Assembly (NCBI GenBank): GCA_963793425.1 | Contig: CAWCAG010000005.1 | Coordinates: forward strand, 64,001-128,000 | Source of the DNA: an uncultured cyanobacterium | GTDB lineage: Bacteria > Cyanobacteriota > Cyanobacteriia > Cyanobacteriales > CAWCAG01 | Reading direction: 5' to 3' | Length of the DNA stretch: 64,000 nt | Program-made: the position numbers and the translations under genes | Part shown: in pieces, positions 48,154 through 58,862 of the stretch | How positions within the stretch are numbered: position 1 is the stretch's first letter | Layout of the letters: the number at the start of each line of letters is the position of its first letter | Notes under the pieces: model-generated | Seen by the model: the letters and a program-made list of their open reading frames with translations, nothing else | Database searches by the model: none | What the model was told of the DNA's origin: nothing

Positions 48154-50931
48154 TCAATTTTGCTTAATGGGAATAGAAATAGAAAACTCCGTCCCTTCCC
48201 CCGGATAAGAAATAAATTCTAGTTGCCCGTGATGTTTTTCAGTGATAATTTGATAACTAATAGAAAGACCTAAACCAGTCCCTTTACCAATAGGTTTGGT
48301 GGTGAAAAAAGGATCAAAAAGATGACTTTGAATCTGATCAGGAATACCAACACCACTATCTTTTATCCTGATTCTTACTAAATTTTTATCTCTGTTACTT
48401 ACTTCGCTACGAATGCGAATAGTACCGGGGTTTTGCTTAACTCCTTCCTCACTAAGACCCTGATTACGCTCTTCCACCGCATCGATGGCATTACTAATTA
48501 GGTTCATAAAAACTTGATTCATCTGTCCTAAATAACAATCCACTAAAGGGATATCTCCGTATTCTTTAATTACTTTAATAGGTGGATATTTAGATGTTGC
48601 CTTGAAGCGATGTTGCAAGATCATTAGAGTACTGTCGATGCCTTCGTGAACATTAACATTTTTCATTTCTGTACCATCTTGGCGGGAGAAATTCCGTAAA
48701 GATGAGACAATTTGTTGAATACGCTCTGAACCTACCCTCATAGAATTGAGCAATTTAGGTAAATCACTCAGGAGAAAATCTAGATCAATTTCAGCAATTT
48801 TCTTTTCAACTTCTGGAGTTGTGGCAAACTTTTGTCGATATAACAGCACCAACTCAGCTAAATCCTGAGCATAATCATTAACATAGGTAAGGTTGCCATA
48901 AATAAAGTTGACAGGATTATTAATTTCGTGGGCAACTCCAGCAACCAAATGTCCTAAGCTAGACATTTTCTCGGTTTGAACTAGTTTTCCTTGGGTATGG
49001 CGTAATTCCCGCAAAGTTTGTTCTAAATTCTGTGCTTGTTTTCTTAATTGTTTTTCTGAGTTACGTAAAGCTTCTTCTGCTGCTTTGCGATGGCGAATAT
49101 CCCTAGCCACAGCAGAAGTATATTCAACTTCACCGTTTTCTGCTTGATGAGCCATAGCTACTTGAGATACAGGTATTCTTGTACCGTCGCGGTGTTGCAA
49201 GATATTTTCCCCCACCCAAACACCATCTTCAACAAGAGTAGGAATGAGGGTATTTTCTAACCAATCAATTTGATACTCTGGCACAATATTCCTCATTGTG
49301 AGTTGAGTAATATCTTCATTTATACCAATGCCTAACATTTTGCGGCCAGCTTGATTGAGATAAGTAAGGTTGCCTTGTATATCAGCCGTCGCGACTAAAT
49401 CTGTGGTGGCTTCTAATATAGCTAAGAGTTTGGCTTTTTCCTGCTCTGCTAATTTACGTTCAGTTATATCACGGGTAATAGTTGCTAAGGCTATGGGTTG
49501 CTTGGTTTGGGGGTTATTAATCGTGAAGAAGTGGAAATCCACAGGAATGGGGTTGTAGCTTTGGAAGTGCTGGAAACGAAATTCTCCTTGCCAATAACCT
49601 TGTTTCAAAACCTGGGGGATTAGTTCTTGTTTTACATAAGTGCGGTCTTCTGGTAAAAAGAAATTAATAATTGGCTGGGTTTTAGCTATTTCTAAAGATT
49701 GTAGCCCGACCAACTCTAAACCAGCAGGATTAAGGTAAAGAGGCTCTCCTTGTAAAGAAACAATACCAATAAAATCAAAGCTTTTTTCTATAAGGGCAAC
49801 TAATTTTTGTACCTCTTCTTCAGCCCGTTTGCGTTCTGTAACATCTGTAGCAGAAATTAGCACGTAGGGAAAAGAATTTCCTGGTAAAAATAGAGGTCTT
49901 TTCACTGTTTGTACCCAGCGAGTTTCACCTTCTGCATTAGTGAGAGGCTCTTCCGGAATAAACTTTTCTGCTAAAGTAGTCATAACCTTGCGGTCATCTT
50001 GAAGAAACTGCTCTACTTCTTCTGGGTTGCTAACAAAATCTGCCTCACTTTTACCAACAAGATTTTCAGGGGTTGTCCCCAAAGCATTAGCGAAGGTGCG
50101 ATTGGCAAGGACAAATTTACCATCCCAGTCTTTAACCAAAAGCCAATGGGGTGTTGTGTCAATTACCTTTTGTAATAGTCCTTGTTGAGCTTGTAGAGCC
50201 TCTTCCGCCTCTTTTCTATCAGTTATATCACGAGCTATAGCATAAATCTTCTGCTGTTCCAGCATTGGTGTGGCAGTCCATTGTAACCATTTGTAAGACC
50301 CATCTCTACAGCGATAGCGATTTTCAAAGGAGATATAAGCGCCTCCTTGAGTTATTCTCTTGGCTGCTGTGGCAGTTGTTTGTTGATCTTCAGGATGAAC
50401 AAATTCTAAAAAGGGTTTTGCCATTAATTCTGCTAGAGAAAACCCTAAAGTATGTTCCCAAACAGAATTAAGTTTCTCGAAGTAGCCATCAAAACTTGCC
50501 AAACACATCAAATCTGGTGAAAGCCGAAAAATATCATCCCAAATAATTTCTTGCTGTTTGCGGGTTGTCACTATTTCACTGGTAACTATCAAACCCTCAA
50601 TGTTGTTACTGTGATTGCGCCAAGGTTTGATTTTCCACTTCACCCATTCTTGGAACCCATTAGGAAGTTGTAGTATTTCTCCTTCAGATTTATAGGATTC
50701 TCCGGCTAAACAATTTTGATGAATTTTCTGCCAATAGTGAGAGGTATTGGGGAAAACTTCATAGTAAGATTTGCCAATAATTTTTTGATTAAGACCGTAA
50801 TCATCAAGCCAATGCTGGCTGGCTAAAAGATAGTGTAAGTTGGTATCAAAAATGGCGATCGCCACTGGAGATTGTTCAACTAAGACTTGCAATAGGTCAC
50901 ATGAAGATTGACAAGAGGTTGAAGCAGTCAT
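48154..50931 (-). CDS. Cytoplasmic histidine kinase with five PAS domains
   Basis: Five PAS/PAC repeats, HEINNP H-box, NAIDA, DSGVG, GTGLGL. Confidence 0.93.
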   Translation of the reverse strand: MTASTSCQSSCDLLQVLVEQSPVAIAIFDTNLHYLLASQHWLDDYGLNQKIIGKSYYEVFPNTSHYWQKIHQNCLAGESYKSEGEILQLPNGFQEWVKWKIKPWRNHSNNIEGLIVTSEIVTTRKQQEIIWDDIFRLSPDLMCLASFDGYFEKLNSVWEHTLGFSLAELMAKPFLEFVHPEDQQTTATAAKRITQGGAYISFENRYRCRDGSYKWLQWTATPMLEQQKIYAIARDITDRKEAEEALQAQQGLLQKVIDTTPHWLLVKDWDGKFVLANRTFANALGTTPENLVGKSEADFVSNPEEVEQFLQDDRKVMTTLAEKFIPEEPLTNAEGETRWVQTVKRPLFLPGNSFPYVLISATDVTERKRAEEEVQKLVALIEKSFDFIGIVSLQGEPLYLNPAGLELVGLQSLEIAKTQPIINFFLPEDRTYVKQELIPQVLKQGYWQGEFRFQHFQSYNPIPVDFHFFTINNPQTKQPIALATITRDITERKLAEQEKAKLLAILEATTDLVATADIQGNLTYLNQAGRKMLGIGINEDITQLTMRNIVPEYQIDWLENTLIPTLVEDGVWVGENILQHRDGTRIPVSQVAMAHQAENGEVEYTSAVARDIRHRKAAEEALRNSEKQLRKQAQNLEQTLRELRHTQGKLVQTEKMSSLGHLVAGVAHEINNPVNFIYGNLTYVNDYAQDLAELVLLYRQKFATTPEVEKKIAEIDLDFLLSDLPKLLNSMRVGSERIQQIVSSLRNFSRQDGTEMKNVNVHEGIDSTLMILQHRFKATSKYPPIKVIKEYGDIPLVDCYLGQMNQVFMNLISNAIDAVEERNQGLSEEGVKQNPGTIRIRSEVSNRDKNLVRIRIKDSGVGIPDQIQSHLFDPFFTTKPIGKGTGLGLSISYQIITEKHHGQLEFISYPGEGTEFSISIPIKQN

Positions 50932-51362
50932 AAAAACTGGGTGTTGAGAGTGGCGTGAAAACCTTGAAAAATCAGTTTAAGGAAGCTTGATTAAAGCTAG
51001 AGTACCCTGACTTAGTATAAATAGGAACAAGCTTTGATGGTAAAGTGATTGCCGCTGCTTATTTTCATGCTCTCAGTTTCAATTAGACTCTGAGCTAACA
51101 ACTTTAAGAAAATTAACACTTTATTTCTTTGACAAGCAAACTGAATGACATTAGCCTAATAGCGAGTTAATCTGAGGGAACTGGGGAATTTCAAAATTGA
51201 ATTAGTTGCAATAGCCATGACTTTTTCTTTTTAAAAGAGAGTAAAGTTGCTATTTTTTACTGTTTTTCTCATCTTTTTGCGAAATTATAGTCTATAGACA
51301 CAATTCTTTCATCTCAAACATGAGCGATCAGTTAACCACATTATGCAGAATAAGTATGAATC

Positions 51363-51716
51363 ATGGATACCCACAAACGTATCAGCCTTGCCATTGCAGG
51401 AGATGTTAACCAAAAGAAACTAGGCAACTTGAGAATTGCTAGTTCCCAACAAGATAAAAACCACCTCCAGCGTCGCAAACAGCAAAGGGCGATTGATGAA
51501 GCAATGATCAAGGTTGCTTTGCTCTACGGGCGCAAACATTTCCACAAAGGAGCGACGGTTTTTACCCTCAATGACCGTAGTTTAAGATATACTCCTTACT
51601 CACGATTTACTGATGCCTTAAGAGGCTTGCGAGTAGTTTGTTTTGGTGGTTTACCCAACCCCAGAATTCTCACTACTTACTGGCATCTAGATACAAAAAA
51701 GCGGGTGAGAAGATGA
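51363..51716 (+). CDS. DUF4258-like small basic protein
   Basis: HLQRRKQQRAI...LLYG...LRVV...ILTTY pattern. Confidence 0.5.
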   Translation: MDTHKRISLAIAGDVNQKKLGNLRIASSQQDKNHLQRRKQQRAIDEAMIKVALLYGRKHFHKGATVFTLNDRSLRYTPYSRFTDALRGLRVVCFGGLPNPRILTTYWHLDTKKRVRR

Positions 51717-51721
51717 AGAAT

Positions 51722-53395
51722 TTAAGCTTTCCACCAGCGATCGCCCTGCACCAAAGTATGAACTTGCCATTCTGGTAATGTTTTTGGGTAGTCGCCCCGG
51801 TAATGCCCACCCCGACTTTCAGTACGGAAGGCAGCACTTTTTAAAATTAAATAGGCAACATCTAATAAATTGAAGGTTTCGCCGTAGAGTTTTAGTTGCA
51901 CTTCTGCTTCTTGAGATGGTAGGTTCACCGTTTGATTTGCTGGTAAATCAAGCAAATAATAACTCATGGAGAATTTAGTAAGTTCTTTTCGCCAGGAATT
52001 AATTTGGGCGATCCCAACTTCCATAACCTCCTTGGTACGGCAGATACCAGCACTTTGCCACACCAAAATAGGTAATTGCTGTCGGATTGTAGCTATTTTT
52101 TCTGCTTCAATACTCCAATTATCTTTGAGTTTTAAAGGGGGTAAATCTTCAGTCAAAGATAAATCCTGCTCTCCTTTCATTTTGCTCAATTGAGCAGCAA
52201 AAACCAAACATTCTAATAAAGAATTACTTGCTAAACGATTAGCACCGTGAACCCCTGTACTAGCAGTCTCTCCCACGGTATACAATCCAGGAATAGAGGT
52301 TTGGTTGTTGGTATCTGCGGCAATACCTCCCATCCAATAATGGGCAGCCGGGGCAACGGGAATTGGTTGAGAAAATACATCTATACCCCACCGTTGACAA
52401 ACTTTAATAATATTGGGGAAGCGATACCCAATTCTTTCTGATTCAATAGGTCGCAAATCCAAGTATACACAAGCATCAGCAGGATTAGCAGCATTTTCTA
52501 GTAGGTGATTGAAAATAGCGCGGCTAACCACATCTCTGGGGGCTAATTCCCCTGCTGAATGGTAACTAAAGGTAAAACGATTACCAGCCTCATCTACCAA
52601 ATGCGCCCCTTCACCTCGTACTGCTTCGCTAATCAAAAAACGAGGGGCCCCTCGTTTAGTTAAGGCGGTGGGATGAAACTGGACAAATTCTAAATCCCTA
52701 ACTATAGCCCCAGCCCGCCAAGCTAAGGCGACCCCATCCCCTGTACTCACAGTAGGATTAGTAGTCTGGGCAAAAACTTGACCTCCTCCCCCTGTAGCTA
52801 AAATCACTTTAGGCGATCCTAACCAAATAATTTGCTTTTGGTATAAAAGGCTAATGCCTTGACAACGTTTGGTTTGAGGCTCCAACCATAAACTGAGGGC
52901 AAAGGCTTGAGAAATTACTTTAATGTTCGGACGGCTCAACACTCGGTTAGTTAAGGTACTAACAATCGCCCTACCTGTAGTATCAGCAGCATGGAGGACA
53001 CGGGGCTGAGAATGTGCTGCTTCTAAGGTCATAGCAAGTTTACCTTGCTTTCGGTCAAAAGCAACCCCCAAATCAACCAAGGACTCAATACATTGGGAAG
53101 CATTTTCTACCAAAAAATTAACGGCTGCTTCATCACATAACCCGGCCCCAGCTTTAAGAGTATCGGCCAAATGAGACTCCGCCGAATCCGTCGGGGCGAT
53201 CGCCGCTGCTATACCTCCTTGGGCCCATTCGCTAGCACCAGTTTGTAAGGCATCTTTGGTAATTAAGCCCACTCGAAGATTATCTGGTAAACAAAGAGCC
53301 GCATAAAGCCCCGCAGCACCAGCACCGATAACTAAAACATCAAATTGAGTAGGGAACAATTCCTGCTGCCCTAAATTAGCTTCTGACCCTGACAA
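51722..53395 (-). CDS. nadB: L-aspartate oxidase
   Basis: GAGAAG, AQGGIAA, QFHPT, HGANRLASNSL, ESRGGH. Confidence 0.95.
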   Translation of the reverse strand: MSGSEANLGQQELFPTQFDVLVIGAGAAGLYAALCLPDNLRVGLITKDALQTGASEWAQGGIAAAIAPTDSAESHLADTLKAGAGLCDEAAVNFLVENASQCIESLVDLGVAFDRKQGKLAMTLEAAHSQPRVLHAADTTGRAIVSTLTNRVLSRPNIKVISQAFALSLWLEPQTKRCQGISLLYQKQIIWLGSPKVILATGGGGQVFAQTTNPTVSTGDGVALAWRAGAIVRDLEFVQFHPTALTKRGAPRFLISEAVRGEGAHLVDEAGNRFTFSYHSAGELAPRDVVSRAIFNHLLENAANPADACVYLDLRPIESERIGYRFPNIIKVCQRWGIDVFSQPIPVAPAAHYWMGGIAADTNNQTSIPGLYTVGETASTGVHGANRLASNSLLECLVFAAQLSKMKGEQDLSLTEDLPPLKLKDNWSIEAEKIATIRQQLPILVWQSAGICRTKEVMEVGIAQINSWRKELTKFSMSYYLLDLPANQTVNLPSQEAEVQLKLYGETFNLLDVAYLILKSAAFRTESRGGHYRGDYPKTLPEWQVHTLVQGDRWWKA

Positions 53396-53610
53396 AAATG
53401 ACTTCCTCCTGGGGGATTAGCAGAGTATAGGATATTCCTTGCTGAACTTTCAACCTACGGCTGATTGGCAACACCAAAAACTCCAAGGCTGACCTTTGTT
53501 ACAGGCTTAAATAATTATTCGTGTTTTTTGCGAACTAGCTTGAGGATTCGTTATAATAAACTTCACAAAACTTCAATAATAACGTAAATCAATTATTTAT
53601 ATTTGCATCC

Positions 53611-54708
53611 ATGCAGTCCAACCCTAATTTTAACCAAATTTCCAGCTTATCTAATACCTTCACGAAAGCTAGTTACCAAGCTTTTCAACAAAGCAAAAGC
53701 TATTTTAGCTTAATTCACAAAACCATAAATAACCGTTTAACCAGTTTCTTTGTTCCTCGCCAGAACGAAAATACCATTCCTCTCTCACCAAAAATCCTGT
53801 GGCAAATTCAGCAAAGAATGGCTGAGTTGTTAGAAGTTGATTGGCAAGATGCCCAAAAAGGTGTTTATCCCCATAGTTTACTTTTTGACAATCCTTGGTC
53901 AGATTTCTTTCGCTATTATCCTCTGGTTTGGTTAGATATGCCTGCAATTTGGCAAAGGCTGCAACAGAAGCAATATCAAACCTTTGCCCCAGAAATAGAC
54001 AAAGAGGGTTATCCTAGCTACTATTTACAGAACTTCCATCACCAAACCGATGGTTACTTGAGTGATGAATCAGCTAATCTTTATGATTTGCAGGTAGAAT
54101 TACTTTTCAATGGTGCAGCAGATGCGATGCGGCGACGCATTCTTGAGCCTTTGCAAGCAGGATTAGCCAAGTTCGGGGAAGTGCCACCCCAGCAAATCCG
54201 CGTTTTAAATTTAGCCTGTGGTACAGGTCGAACTTTGAAACAAATTCGTGGCACTTTGCCCAAAGCATCTTTATTCGGTATTGACTTGTCTCCTGCTTAT
54301 TTGCGTAAAGCCAATCAATTACTCTCAGAAAATCCTGGGGAATTGCCTCAATTATTGCAAGCAAAGGCAGAAGAATTGCCTTACTTAGATAATTATTTCC
54401 ACGGACTAAGTTGTGTCTTCACCTTCCATGAATTACCACCAGAAGTACGTCAGGGAGCCATAGAAGAAGCATTTCGAGTTGTCAAACCCGGAGGCATCTT
54501 TGTAATTTGTGACTCTATACAGGCTTTGGATTTTCCGGAATTAACACCTATGATGGAAAATTTCCCGGCTATTTTCCACGAACCCTATTATAGAAATTAT
54601 ATTACAGATAATTTGACGGAACGTTTAGAAAAAGTTGGTTTTGAAAATGTTGTCACAGCAAATCATTTTGTTAGTAAGTACTGGGTAGCTTATAAACCAG
54701 AGGTATAA
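53611..54708 (+). CDS. Class I SAM-dependent methyltransferase
   Basis: YYLQNFHHQTDG, LACGTG, FHELP, KPGG. Confidence 0.88.
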   Translation: MQSNPNFNQISSLSNTFTKASYQAFQQSKSYFSLIHKTINNRLTSFFVPRQNENTIPLSPKILWQIQQRMAELLEVDWQDAQKGVYPHSLLFDNPWSDFFRYYPLVWLDMPAIWQRLQQKQYQTFAPEIDKEGYPSYYLQNFHHQTDGYLSDESANLYDLQVELLFNGAADAMRRRILEPLQAGLAKFGEVPPQQIRVLNLACGTGRTLKQIRGTLPKASLFGIDLSPAYLRKANQLLSENPGELPQLLQAKAEELPYLDNYFHGLSCVFTFHELPPEVRQGAIEEAFRVVKPGGIFVICDSIQALDFPELTPMMENFPAIFHEPYYRNYITDNLTERLEKVGFENVVTANHFVSKYWVAYKPEV

Positions 54709-54787
54709 TTAATATTTCTGGTAAAAGCATAGCTTTATAGTTCATTTTTGGGTCTAATGGCTGGAATTGATAACAATTTTCAGCTAA

Positions 54788-55162
54788 ATGACCGATGTGA
54801 CGGGCAGAACTTTTGGCAGAACTTTTTATAATGGCAAAAGAACTATGAATTTAGTTTATTTCAACGATCTTCTGAGACAATTTGTTCATAGTCACCCAGG
54901 TGTAGAAGATGCAGTTATTGTTTCTTCTGACGCAGAATTAGATCGTTTAGCCCAAAAAATTCAGACTGAAATTAGCTATGCTGAAACCTCAATTCTCTCC
55001 CCCCCAGAATATCTTAATTTTACTGGAAGTATTTTCCCTCAAATAGATGGAGATATTCTCCCTAAGAAAACTACTATTGCGAATGAGCAAAAGTTAAGAA
55101 CAAGTAGATTTTTTGAACCGCTACAGCGAAATTTCCTTGAGAAGCGTCCGCTACTTTTTTAA
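54788..55162 (+). CDS. Hypothetical protein with a roadblock/LC7-like fragment
   Basis: LLRQFVHSHPGVEDAVIVSSD resembles a roadblock N-terminus; the core appears to be missing. Confidence 0.35.
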   Translation: MTDVTGRTFGRTFYNGKRTMNLVYFNDLLRQFVHSHPGVEDAVIVSSDAELDRLAQKIQTEISYAETSILSPPEYLNFTGSIFPQIDGDILPKKTTIANEQKLRTSRFFEPLQRNFLEKRPLLF

Positions 55163-55202
55163 AAAAATAAATGAGTCTAAAGTACCGTGATCAAATAAAA
55201 AT

Positions 55203-56891
55203 CTAAAGCTGTTGCAGAACTTCTTCTCGCTTCTTAATTGCAGCTTGATAATCTGCTTTAATGTCAATAGCTTGTTCAAGAGCAGCTAGAGCTTTTTGAG
55301 GCTGTGCTAAATCTAGTAAAGTAAGAGCTTTGCCATACCAAGCTTCATAATATTTTTCATCAATGGCGATCGCCTTTTCATAATCTTGCAATGCTTTCTC
55401 ATGGCGTTGCAAAGCTTGTCTAGCGTTACCACGACCATTCCAAGCATACTGATAATTAGGCTCTAACTCAATGGCTTTGCTGTAAGAGGCGATCGCTTCG
55501 GGATATCGTTCTAATAGGAAAAGCGCATTGCCACGATTGTTCCAAGCGAAGAGGTAATCATCTTTATATAAAATAGCTTCATCAATTGCTTCTAAGGCTT
55601 CTTCGGGGCGCTGCAACTTTATTAGAGTTTCTCCCATATTGTCCCAAGCTATGTAATCATCTGATCTTAGTTCCAGGGCTTTTTCATAGGCAACCAGGGC
55701 TTCTTCATATTGTTGAGAATCAGTTAAAGCCAAACCTTGACAAATTAAAGCATCTACATATTCTGGATCGATTTCTAAGGCTTGTTCACAAGAATTACTC
55801 ATCTCTTCAGTCCTTTTCAATTGGCTCAAGACGTAGCCCCTTTCTAACCAAAGTTCCTTAGCTTGGGGATGAGTTTCTAACAACTCTTCATAGAGTGCCA
55901 ATGCTTCTGTATATTCCTCTGCTTCGACTAAGCCATGGGCTTTGTTAGCCAGAAAAACTGTTCTAGCGCGGGGGAAAAAGACAATTCCTCCCACAATAAC
56001 CAACCCAACTAAACCTAAAGGAACCCAGACGCGCCAATTAGGAGCAAGTCTAGAACTACTACTCCAGGGCTTTCTTACCCCGGTAATAGTTTCTAAATCA
56101 TTAATTACTTCCCTAGCAGATTGATAGCGTTTATGAGGATCGCTAAGCACCATATGATCTAATATCTTGCCTAACTTATTACCAACCTCTGCATCAGGCT
56201 TCCAAAGCAGTCCGCCAGTGTTGGGGTCTTCAGGTAACTGTTCTGGTAATATTCCTGTTAAAGCTTGAATGGCAATAGTCCCTAAAGCATAAATATCGCT
56301 ATTATTGCGAGGTCTACCTTTGAGTTGTTCCGGTGGCATATAACCGACAGTACCAACAGCAACAGTGGGGTCAACTCCTCCTTGGCTATTCATCACCATA
56401 GTTTGAATTTGTTTGACAGCACCAAAATCAATTAAAATCAACTTGCCGTCGGAGTTTCGCCTCATTATGTTGGCTGGTTTGAGATCGCGGTGAATTACTT
56501 TTTGGCTATGGATAAATTCTAAGATAGGCAGAACATCAAGTAAGATAGCAATGACTTCAGCTTCAGTTAGTTGCTTACCGAGAACAACTTCTTTACTAAG
56601 ATCGTGTCCGTCTACAAATTCTTGAACTAGGGAAAATTCTTCAGGATAATGGGCTAAAAGTCGGGGAACTTGGGGATGAAATAATTTAGCAAGTACCTCC
56701 GCTTCAATGTTGAAAAGGCGTTTAGCTTCCTGGATAGTAAACTCATCTTGAGCGGCTGGCATTAATTGTTTGACTACACACTGAGGACGGCTAGGTAATT
56801 GTGTATCCTCAGCTAAATAGGTTCGGCCAAAAGCACCTCTTCCCAAAGTGGTAGTGACTTGGTAACGTCCGCCAATCATGTTTTCAACCAT
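55203..56891 (-). CDS. Ser/Thr protein kinase with TM helix and TPRs
   Basis: LGRGAFG, HRDLKPAN, DFG, TM, C-terminal TPR repeats. Confidence 0.93.
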   Translation of the reverse strand: MVENMIGGRYQVTTTLGRGAFGRTYLAEDTQLPSRPQCVVKQLMPAAQDEFTIQEAKRLFNIEAEVLAKLFHPQVPRLLAHYPEEFSLVQEFVDGHDLSKEVVLGKQLTEAEVIAILLDVLPILEFIHSQKVIHRDLKPANIMRRNSDGKLILIDFGAVKQIQTMVMNSQGGVDPTVAVGTVGYMPPEQLKGRPRNNSDIYALGTIAIQALTGILPEQLPEDPNTGGLLWKPDAEVGNKLGKILDHMVLSDPHKRYQSAREVINDLETITGVRKPWSSSSRLAPNWRVWVPLGLVGLVIVGGIVFFPRARTVFLANKAHGLVEAEEYTEALALYEELLETHPQAKELWLERGYVLSQLKRTEEMSNSCEQALEIDPEYVDALICQGLALTDSQQYEEALVAYEKALELRSDDYIAWDNMGETLIKLQRPEEALEAIDEAILYKDDYLFAWNNRGNALFLLERYPEAIASYSKAIELEPNYQYAWNGRGNARQALQRHEKALQDYEKAIAIDEKYYEAWYGKALTLLDLAQPQKALAALEQAIDIKADYQAAIKKREEVLQQL

Positions 56892-56952
56892 AGGATTTAG
56901 TTGTGCTTCTACAGCCTGCTGAGAGATTTTCTAGGATTAAAAACCTATTTAA

Positions 56953-57438
56953 TTACCACCAAAAGAAACGGACACGAGTGCGACGAAAAGCACCTTGAAG
57001 TTCATCAACAATCTTGCCATCGTCAGTTATTTCTGCTTCTTCTGGCAAGATTGCCCCTAAAACGTTAGCGCTAGCTAATTCAAATAAGTGAGAATTTCCT
57101 GGACAGGCTTCTGAGGTGGTTTGTAGACAAACTAAGTTTTTACCTTTTTGCCAATCAGTTGTAATTGCTAAACCATCAGCCATATGGCCGTTTTGATAAT
57201 GAGTTTTGAGTTTTCTAGCTACAGAGTTACAAAGGTAGTCAGCTTGGTTAGCAGAAAAGAACTCTTCTTTCCACAAAAAGACAGGAATAGTTGTTCCGCT
57301 TTTGACAAGTTTGGTTATTGGGACAACATCACTTGTATCACAAACAAAGTCAACTTCTTCAGGCTCAGAAGCAATAGCTACATTGCTTAGGCTGAGGGAA
57401 AGAAGCGCTAAAATACTTGCATATAGTTTTCTTCGCAT
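56953..57438 (-). CDS. COP23-like secreted protein
   Basis: Signal peptide, FVC...PIT...LW...C...VC...C..LFEL pattern. Confidence 0.6.
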   Translation of the reverse strand: MRRKLYASILALLSLSLSNVAIASEPEEVDFVCDTSDVVPITKLVKSGTTIPVFLWKEEFFSANQADYLCNSVARKLKTHYQNGHMADGLAITTDWQKGKNLVCLQTTSEACPGNSHLFELASANVLGAILPEEAEITDDGKIVDELQGAFRRTRVRFFWW

Positions 57439-57510
57439 AGCTCTAAAGAAGGATTTTAGGAGGATAATTCTTTTTATCTTAGCAGCTTGGTCTTAATCAA
57501 GGAAATTACT

Positions 57511-58728
57511 TCAATTACTTTCTAATTTTCTGATTTTTCTCTGAATAAAATTATATGGTTCTGAATTGCCCTGTTGTTTGTGTAATTTTGCGGCTTCTCT
57601 GTAGTTTATTAAGGCTTGCTCTTGATTATTCAGAGCTTCATAAGCTAACGCTAGCTTAAGGTAAGCATAACCATCGTTGGGGTTAAGTTCTATAGCACGG
57701 CTAAAATCAGGTATAGCTTCGTCATAATCACCTAATTCTGATTTCTCTACACCCCTGCCATAATAAGCCTCAGCAAAGTCTGGGTTAAGTTCAATGGCAC
57801 GATTAAAATCAGCGATCGCCTCTTCGTGGTTGCCTAATTTTCCTTGGGTAGCACCCCGGTTGTTGTAAGCATTAGCATAGTTAGGAGCAATTTCAATAGC
57901 ACGGGTAAAATCGGAGATCGCTTCATCATAATTCCCTAAAACTTCCTGTCTATAACCTTTGTTCAACAAAGCAACAGCATCCCTAGGGACATCTCCAATG
58001 GGACTATTTTTTGGCTCTTCCGGGGGTAGCTGAGGAGTTCCTCCGATTGAACTTAAACCCTGATAAATATCAATAGGAATTGCCTTGTTGACCTGCACTA
58101 AAATCTGACCTTTCCTAACTCCAATACCATGAATTCCTACTAACTCGCCTTGTTGGTCAAACACTCCACCCCCGCTCATTCCAGCTAAGGTAGGGTTGGA
58201 ATATTGCCAAGCATAGCCTTCATCATCTAGAGGATTGGTATTAATCGTATTAATCGTGCCATCGACAAAGCGATAAGAGATTTTATTACCAGTGTATCGA
58301 GCATCAGGAAAGCCAGAAACAAAAACAGTGCTACCTTCTATCAATTGTCGGGAATTACCAAATTCAGCAACAGGATAATTTCTCGAACTAGTAAACTGAA
58401 TTACCGCTAAATCTACACCTGAGATTATCTGTGTGCTACTGGGGTCAAAAGGGTAGCCATCTTCAGGGTTTTTGGCAGTGAATAAATATCCTTCCAAAGC
58501 ATCTTCAACCACATGACGGGCGGTAAGAACAGAATAAGTATTCCCTTCCTTTTGGATGATAACCCCAGAACCAATAGCAGAACCTAATTGATTACGAATT
58601 GAAAGACGAACCGTAACCGGCTTAGCTCTTTGCCCTACTGCAACTGAATCAAGAGCTTGGGCTTGGGCTGTTTCGATTGTAACTACTAAAGCCGCAGGCA
58701 TAGCCAAAAGAGCAAGGAAGTGTCTCAT
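57511..58728 (-). CDS. Secreted trypsin-like serine protease with TPRs
   Basis: TARHVV, VDLA, GMSGG; C-terminal TPRs. Confidence 0.9.
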   Translation of the reverse strand: MRHFLALLAMPAALVVTIETAQAQALDSVAVGQRAKPVTVRLSIRNQLGSAIGSGVIIQKEGNTYSVLTARHVVEDALEGYLFTAKNPEDGYPFDPSSTQIISGVDLAVIQFTSSRNYPVAEFGNSRQLIEGSTVFVSGFPDARYTGNKISYRFVDGTINTINTNPLDDEGYAWQYSNPTLAGMSGGGVFDQQGELVGIHGIGVRKGQILVQVNKAIPIDIYQGLSSIGGTPQLPPEEPKNSPIGDVPRDAVALLNKGYRQEVLGNYDEAISDFTRAIEIAPNYANAYNNRGATQGKLGNHEEAIADFNRAIELNPDFAEAYYGRGVEKSELGDYDEAIPDFSRAIELNPNDGYAYLKLALAYEALNNQEQALINYREAAKLHKQQGNSEPYNFIQRKIRKLESN

Positions 58729-58862
58729 AAGTTCATTCTCAGGAATAATTAACTCCGTATTTTACCGTAACTAACTCGAATTTATTAGTAAAGCAGTTGG
58801 GGGATTTGCAGAGTAATGGTTGCTGTTGAGATAGGGTTTTAGTAGGCTGGATAAAACTATGT

